A stretch of DNA of 63,924 nucleotides, filler included, from Globobulimina sp. (Eukaryota): NCBI GenBank assembly GCA_003354225.1. It is 39 parts of 39 records of this genome, joined end to end, with 100 filler letters (N's around TTAATTAATTAA, not from the genome) between each part and the next. Parts side by side here need not be neighbours in the genome. Positions count along the whole stretch, not along the records: positions 59,104 to 60,644 come from PIVH01015089.1; positions 60,745 to 62,284 come from PIVH01015090.1; positions 62,385 to 63,924 come from PIVH01015091.1; 36 more parts are not named here. One strand, 5' to 3'. Positions 60,099 to 63,924 of the stretch are shown here, piece by piece. The translations under genes were made by a program, and so were the position numbers. The notes beneath the pieces were generated by a model. That model saw only the letters and a list, made by a program, of their open reading frames with translations. It did not search any database and had not been told where the DNA came from. Numbering within the stretch: position 1 is the first letter of the stretch; each line of letters begins with the position of its first letter.

Positions 60099-60912
60099 TA
60101 TGTCACAGTGTGTGTAAATGTGTTTGTGTTTTTTTTATTTATGTTATTCGATTATATTAATAAATAATTAAATGGAATATATATATATCATGCTTATCTG
60201 CCATAGATGCCATAAATTAGTTTACCTATGCAATCATCCATAATGTACGTGTGTGATGTTGCTATAAGAATATTAATTGTCAATGGTTAAAATTTAACCT
60301 ACCTGAACATTCCATCAAGATGCAGGTATTGTGCACTTCACTGTAGGCGATGTTTTCAAATCGTTGATATTAATATAACAAACCACAAACCAAAGAAGAA
60401 AGCAAGTTGGATTTTGGCAACATAAACAATAATATCATTTTAAAAAAGAAAAAAAATAAAGGTGCATTCGGAAATTGATGTGTGCGTGGCTGCGTGCAAG
60501 GATTTTATTAATGTAAGTGGCTGCGTTCACCTTCACCTTCAATTTGTCCCTCTGCGTTTGGTGCGTTATCCTTTTCTTCTTCACATTCTTCTTCTAAAAC
60601 TGGAGCATCATGTTTTTGCTTAAAATAAATGAAATAAATGCTGANNNNNNNNNNNNNNNNNNNNNNNNNNNNNNNNNNNNNNNNNNNNTTAATTAATTAA
60701 NNNNNNNNNNNNNNNNNNNNNNNNNNNNNNNNNNNNNNNNNNNNGGCATTGTTATTTTAGATTGTTTACGGACTTTGCGGTTAGTTTTATATTGCAATTG
60801 AATAATTCCAATAAAGATCTTGCATGAAAAGGAATAAAAGGATCGGATATCCCTCAAACATGTCGACAACACAGAAAAGTCCCTATAACATTTGCTCGCA
60901 CTTATTAACAAT

Positions 60913-62284
60913 TCAATAGTGTCTATCTTTGTGGCATTCCCGAATAATAACAGGTGCAGCGGATGGAGGCATCACACCCAACTCTGTTATGACCATTTTA
61001 ACCAACCTAGCCGGCGTCGTATCATATTTCAAGTTCAACATCTTCAATTTTGGAATATTCCTCCAATTCCCCAACAATTTCTTTGTAAACGGATTATTCA
61101 AATCATCCACAGATTGCTCATCCTCCTCCTCCTCCTCATCCCATTCCTCATCATAATCATCCTCTTCGTCCTCCTTTTCTGCGTTCAACCCACTTTTAAA
61201 CCTATCCAAAACCACTGCTTTTTTCCTATTATTCCTCTTATGCTTATCCCGATCCTTTCCATTCCTGACCAAAGCATCAAAATCGCCCAATTCATTGCTA
61301 CAAATACTATCAATCTGCACCCTTTCCGAGAACTTATACGTCTCACAACAAACCATAACCGGTATCTTATAATGCTTGGCCAGCAACGCAATCATCGCCG
61401 TGCCGTTCCGCGACACCACCGACCCGTTGCTCATAATACACGCGGCGCCCAATATCACTTTATTCACATGCTTGTCGCTCAAGATATAGCTCACAGAATT
61501 GATTAACGCATAACTTATCTCCAACGTAGCACACTGTGCGGACAGTCTATGCAATAAATGCTTGCCTTCGTGGTGTGGCCTGGCGTCGACAATCACCACT
61601 TTGAAGCGTTTCCCTTCGTGGTAGGCCCTGATGATGGCCTTTTCAATCACGTACGACCGGGCATAGGTTAACAAGACGTCTCCGTCGGAGATCCGGTCCA
61701 AGAGTTCCACGCAAATCATCTTATCCGCAGTCTCGATCTTGAATACATACTCGCGAATGGCTTGGATGATCTTCTCCTTTTCGGTCGACGTCTCGCTTTG
61801 GTGGCTGTTTTGGTTTTGGCTCTGATGGATCGCAGTGATGCTGGCTTTCAACCACCGGATGGTGTTACCCATGGACACGGATTGCGGGCGACAGTCGTTT
61901 AGGAATTGGATGCTTTGGTTCAAGGAAAGCAGCAGTTCTCTGGCAAAGGACTTAGTGGACGAACATTCGAAGGATTTGATGCAAGTCAGGAAGGCATTCA
62001 ACATTATGATGCAACGCGTGTTGGCGCCCCAGGCGGTGCCGTCCGCGTAATACAAACCGGCGCGTAATATTACAGGGTGGATTAAGGAGGTTATTTGCGG
62101 CGAGATGTAAATTAAATATTTCTCGTGTTGTGCCAAGTGAGCAAACATGGAAATTTCCTTGTTTTTGTCGATTGGGATGCGTTGCACTAAGGCTTTCTTT
62201 TTGTTTTTCTTCTTTGTGTGCGGGTTGTCGTACTGAGGTAAGACGGCTGCGACTGTTTTTGGTTTGGGTTTAGGTTTAGGTTTT
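60913..62284 (-). CDS. EIF2B4: Translation initiation factor eIF2B delta subunit, 5' partial
   Basis: IHPVILRAGL, GANTRC, CRPQSVSMGN, GDVLLTYA, VDARP..EG, NGSVVSRNGTA, CCETYKFSERVQIDS, YDTTP. Confidence 0.96.
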
Positions 62285-62469
62285 NNNNNNNNNNNNNNNN
62301 NNNNNNNNNNNNNNNNNNNNNNNNNNNNTTAATTAATTAANNNNNNNNNNNNNNNNNNNNNNNNNNNNNNNNNNNNNNNNNNNNTAACAATTAAGTATTA
62401 TTAATTAAAGTAGAAGCCACAATTTCATATTCTATAAAAAAAAAACTCAAACACATCTTTTTATCCTTC

Positions 62470-63910
62470 ATGTCTTGGGCCGATATATGTAGGCAAAATC
62501 AACCTAATAATAATTCCAGCAATTCTATAGTAGCTATCAACAAACATAAAACAACTGCAAATATAGCATATGAAACTGTAAATAAATCAAGAAATTACTG
62601 TAAATTATATGGAAGTGCATTAGGATGCAGATATAGCAATAAATGCAAGTTTGATCATTCTAATCCAAATTCCGTTCGTTTATGCAAGCATGGAAAATCT
62701 TGTCTTTTTGGTAACAAATGTCGATACAGACATCAACATTATGCTTCTGCAGCGTCTATGAAAGATATAAAGTTGGATAATTGCACTAATTCAAAATGGA
62801 TACAATTACAACAATATCCAAACAATATTACATCATTAAAAATTATCAAAATAAATGACAATGAATTTGTAGTAATTTCACCGTCAAACTCTAAAGCTAG
62901 ATATTTATAAATATAACACAAATTGTAATAAATGGATTAAATGGTTGACATATCCAAATCCTTCAAAATTAAATATACCGCATATTTCTGCAGTATGTTT
63001 TGATAAAAACAATGGATTATTATATGTTTTTGATGCTGACGGTCTCGAAGATTCAAAAGGTTCATTGTTCACAAATATAAATGTGTCTACCAACGAATAT
63101 GAACAATACGACATCGGTTGCCTGTCATGGTGTGCTTCATCATTAGCTATTATTGATCATAAAGTTAATATGTTTGTAAACGCGTATGGCATAATAAGAG
63201 ATGTCTGGAATGATAAAAAGAAAGTATTCGAAGACGTTAATTGCGAGACAGCTTCACCGAGCAAGACAGGGAAATATAGACATTCCAACATTTGTAATTT
63301 GTTGCATCCGGGTCAACTATTTCTCCTTTCAAATAATACAATAATTTCAATTGGCAACAATCATACAATTTGTAGGTTTGATATTGATGCAAATGAATGG
63401 AGTCTAATTGAGAACTGTGAATATCCCATCGGTGATGATGCGAATCAGATTTGGTTGGATTATGCGGGCGGATGCGTGCTGACTTCGGACGAGAAATATA
63501 TTGTAACATTTGGTGGCTGTGTACATCAATATAGCGATGGCCATCGAACAAGAACGACGTATTACATCGACTTAATATTTATTTTAGATTTACAGAACAT
63601 GGTATTTTATAGTTCAAAAATGAAATGTCCTACGTGTGGTCAGTTTCAGGCGGTGGTTACAAATGAGTGTGCAAATAATAATTTGTTAATTTGTGGATAT
63701 ATGAGAGTCGCAATGAAATGCATGCCAACTGATGTTGTGCATTTAATAGAAATGTGGTATGGACGAGAATATGTGCATATAATTAATGATAACACGTTGA
63801 AACATTGGAAAATATCTGTTGATGCAATTATTGATTCATTGGAGCAAATAGATTGGGAAATGATTAATGCATTGCCAACTCCACAAATGCTTAAACATAC
63901 AGATGAATAA
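62470..63910 (+). CDS. Two CCCH zinc fingers, Kelch-like propeller and C-terminal GYMR/P motif; +1 frameshift near 62900
   Basis: C..CRYSNKCKFDH, CKHGKSCLFGNKCRYRH; IYKYNTNCNKW, YIVTFGG, IFILDL, MKCP. Confidence 0.7.
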
Positions 63911-63924
63911 ACATAATGTGTCAC

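Noticed and set aside
60892..61506. 204-aa antisense ORF over eIF2B delta, and similar shadow ORFs over NDUFAF7, AP4B1 and gypsy pol
   Set aside because: They lie opposite well-conserved genes and have no motifs; expected from codon bias.
1544..62384. Regularly spaced TTAATTAATTAA as a CRISPR-like or biological repeat array
   Set aside because: Always embedded in N44 padding between length-sorted contigs; an artificial six-frame stop linker.
1..63924. A multi-gene system formed by neighbouring RT, recombinase, ART-like and phage genes
   Set aside because: They lie on different contigs ordered only by length, so adjacency has no meaning.
1..63924. rRNA, tRNA, CRISPR arrays, telomeric repeats
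   Set aside because: None recognised by eye; a tRNAscan-SE/Infernal run would be needed to exclude small RNAs.

Overview
This window is not one locus. It is 39 unrelated short contigs of 1543 to 1540 bp, sorted by length and joined by an artificial 100-nt linker (N44-TTAATTAATTAA-N44), so no synteny crosses a linker and ORFs running into X/LIN are artefacts. Most contigs come from an AT-rich, gene-dense eukaryote with short (about 48-131 nt) spliceosomal introns. The repeated lineage-specific families suggest a foraminiferan/rhizarian protist; this is inference from recalled family signatures, not a search. Recognisable genes: NDUFAF7, AP-4 beta, DNA polymerase eta, NTMT1, eIF2B delta, asparagine synthetase, Tctex-1, a sulfatase, a tyrosinase-like protein, an alpha2delta/CACHD1-like dCache protein, a GT14-like glycosyltransferase, a nucleoside hydrolase, a VWA protein and a tandem Ras-like GTPase. 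Mobile or foreign DNA: Ty3/gypsy pol, a CR1/L2-group LINE, a DIRS-type tyrosine recombinase, a DD34E IS630/Tc1 element, a phage baseplate operon and two bacterial fragments in chimeric contigs. Best leads: (1) an expanded family of toxin-like R-S-E ADP-ribosyltransferase proteins (3, possibly 4, of 39 contigs); (2) a two-gene DD34E transposon with >=133-bp inverted repeats carrying an unknown divergent ORF; (3) a recurrent 'GYIR...P..I..LI..FY' SOCS/F-box-like module on SPRY and Kelch proteins; (4) a non-LTR RT thumb preceded by a long unexplained insertion.
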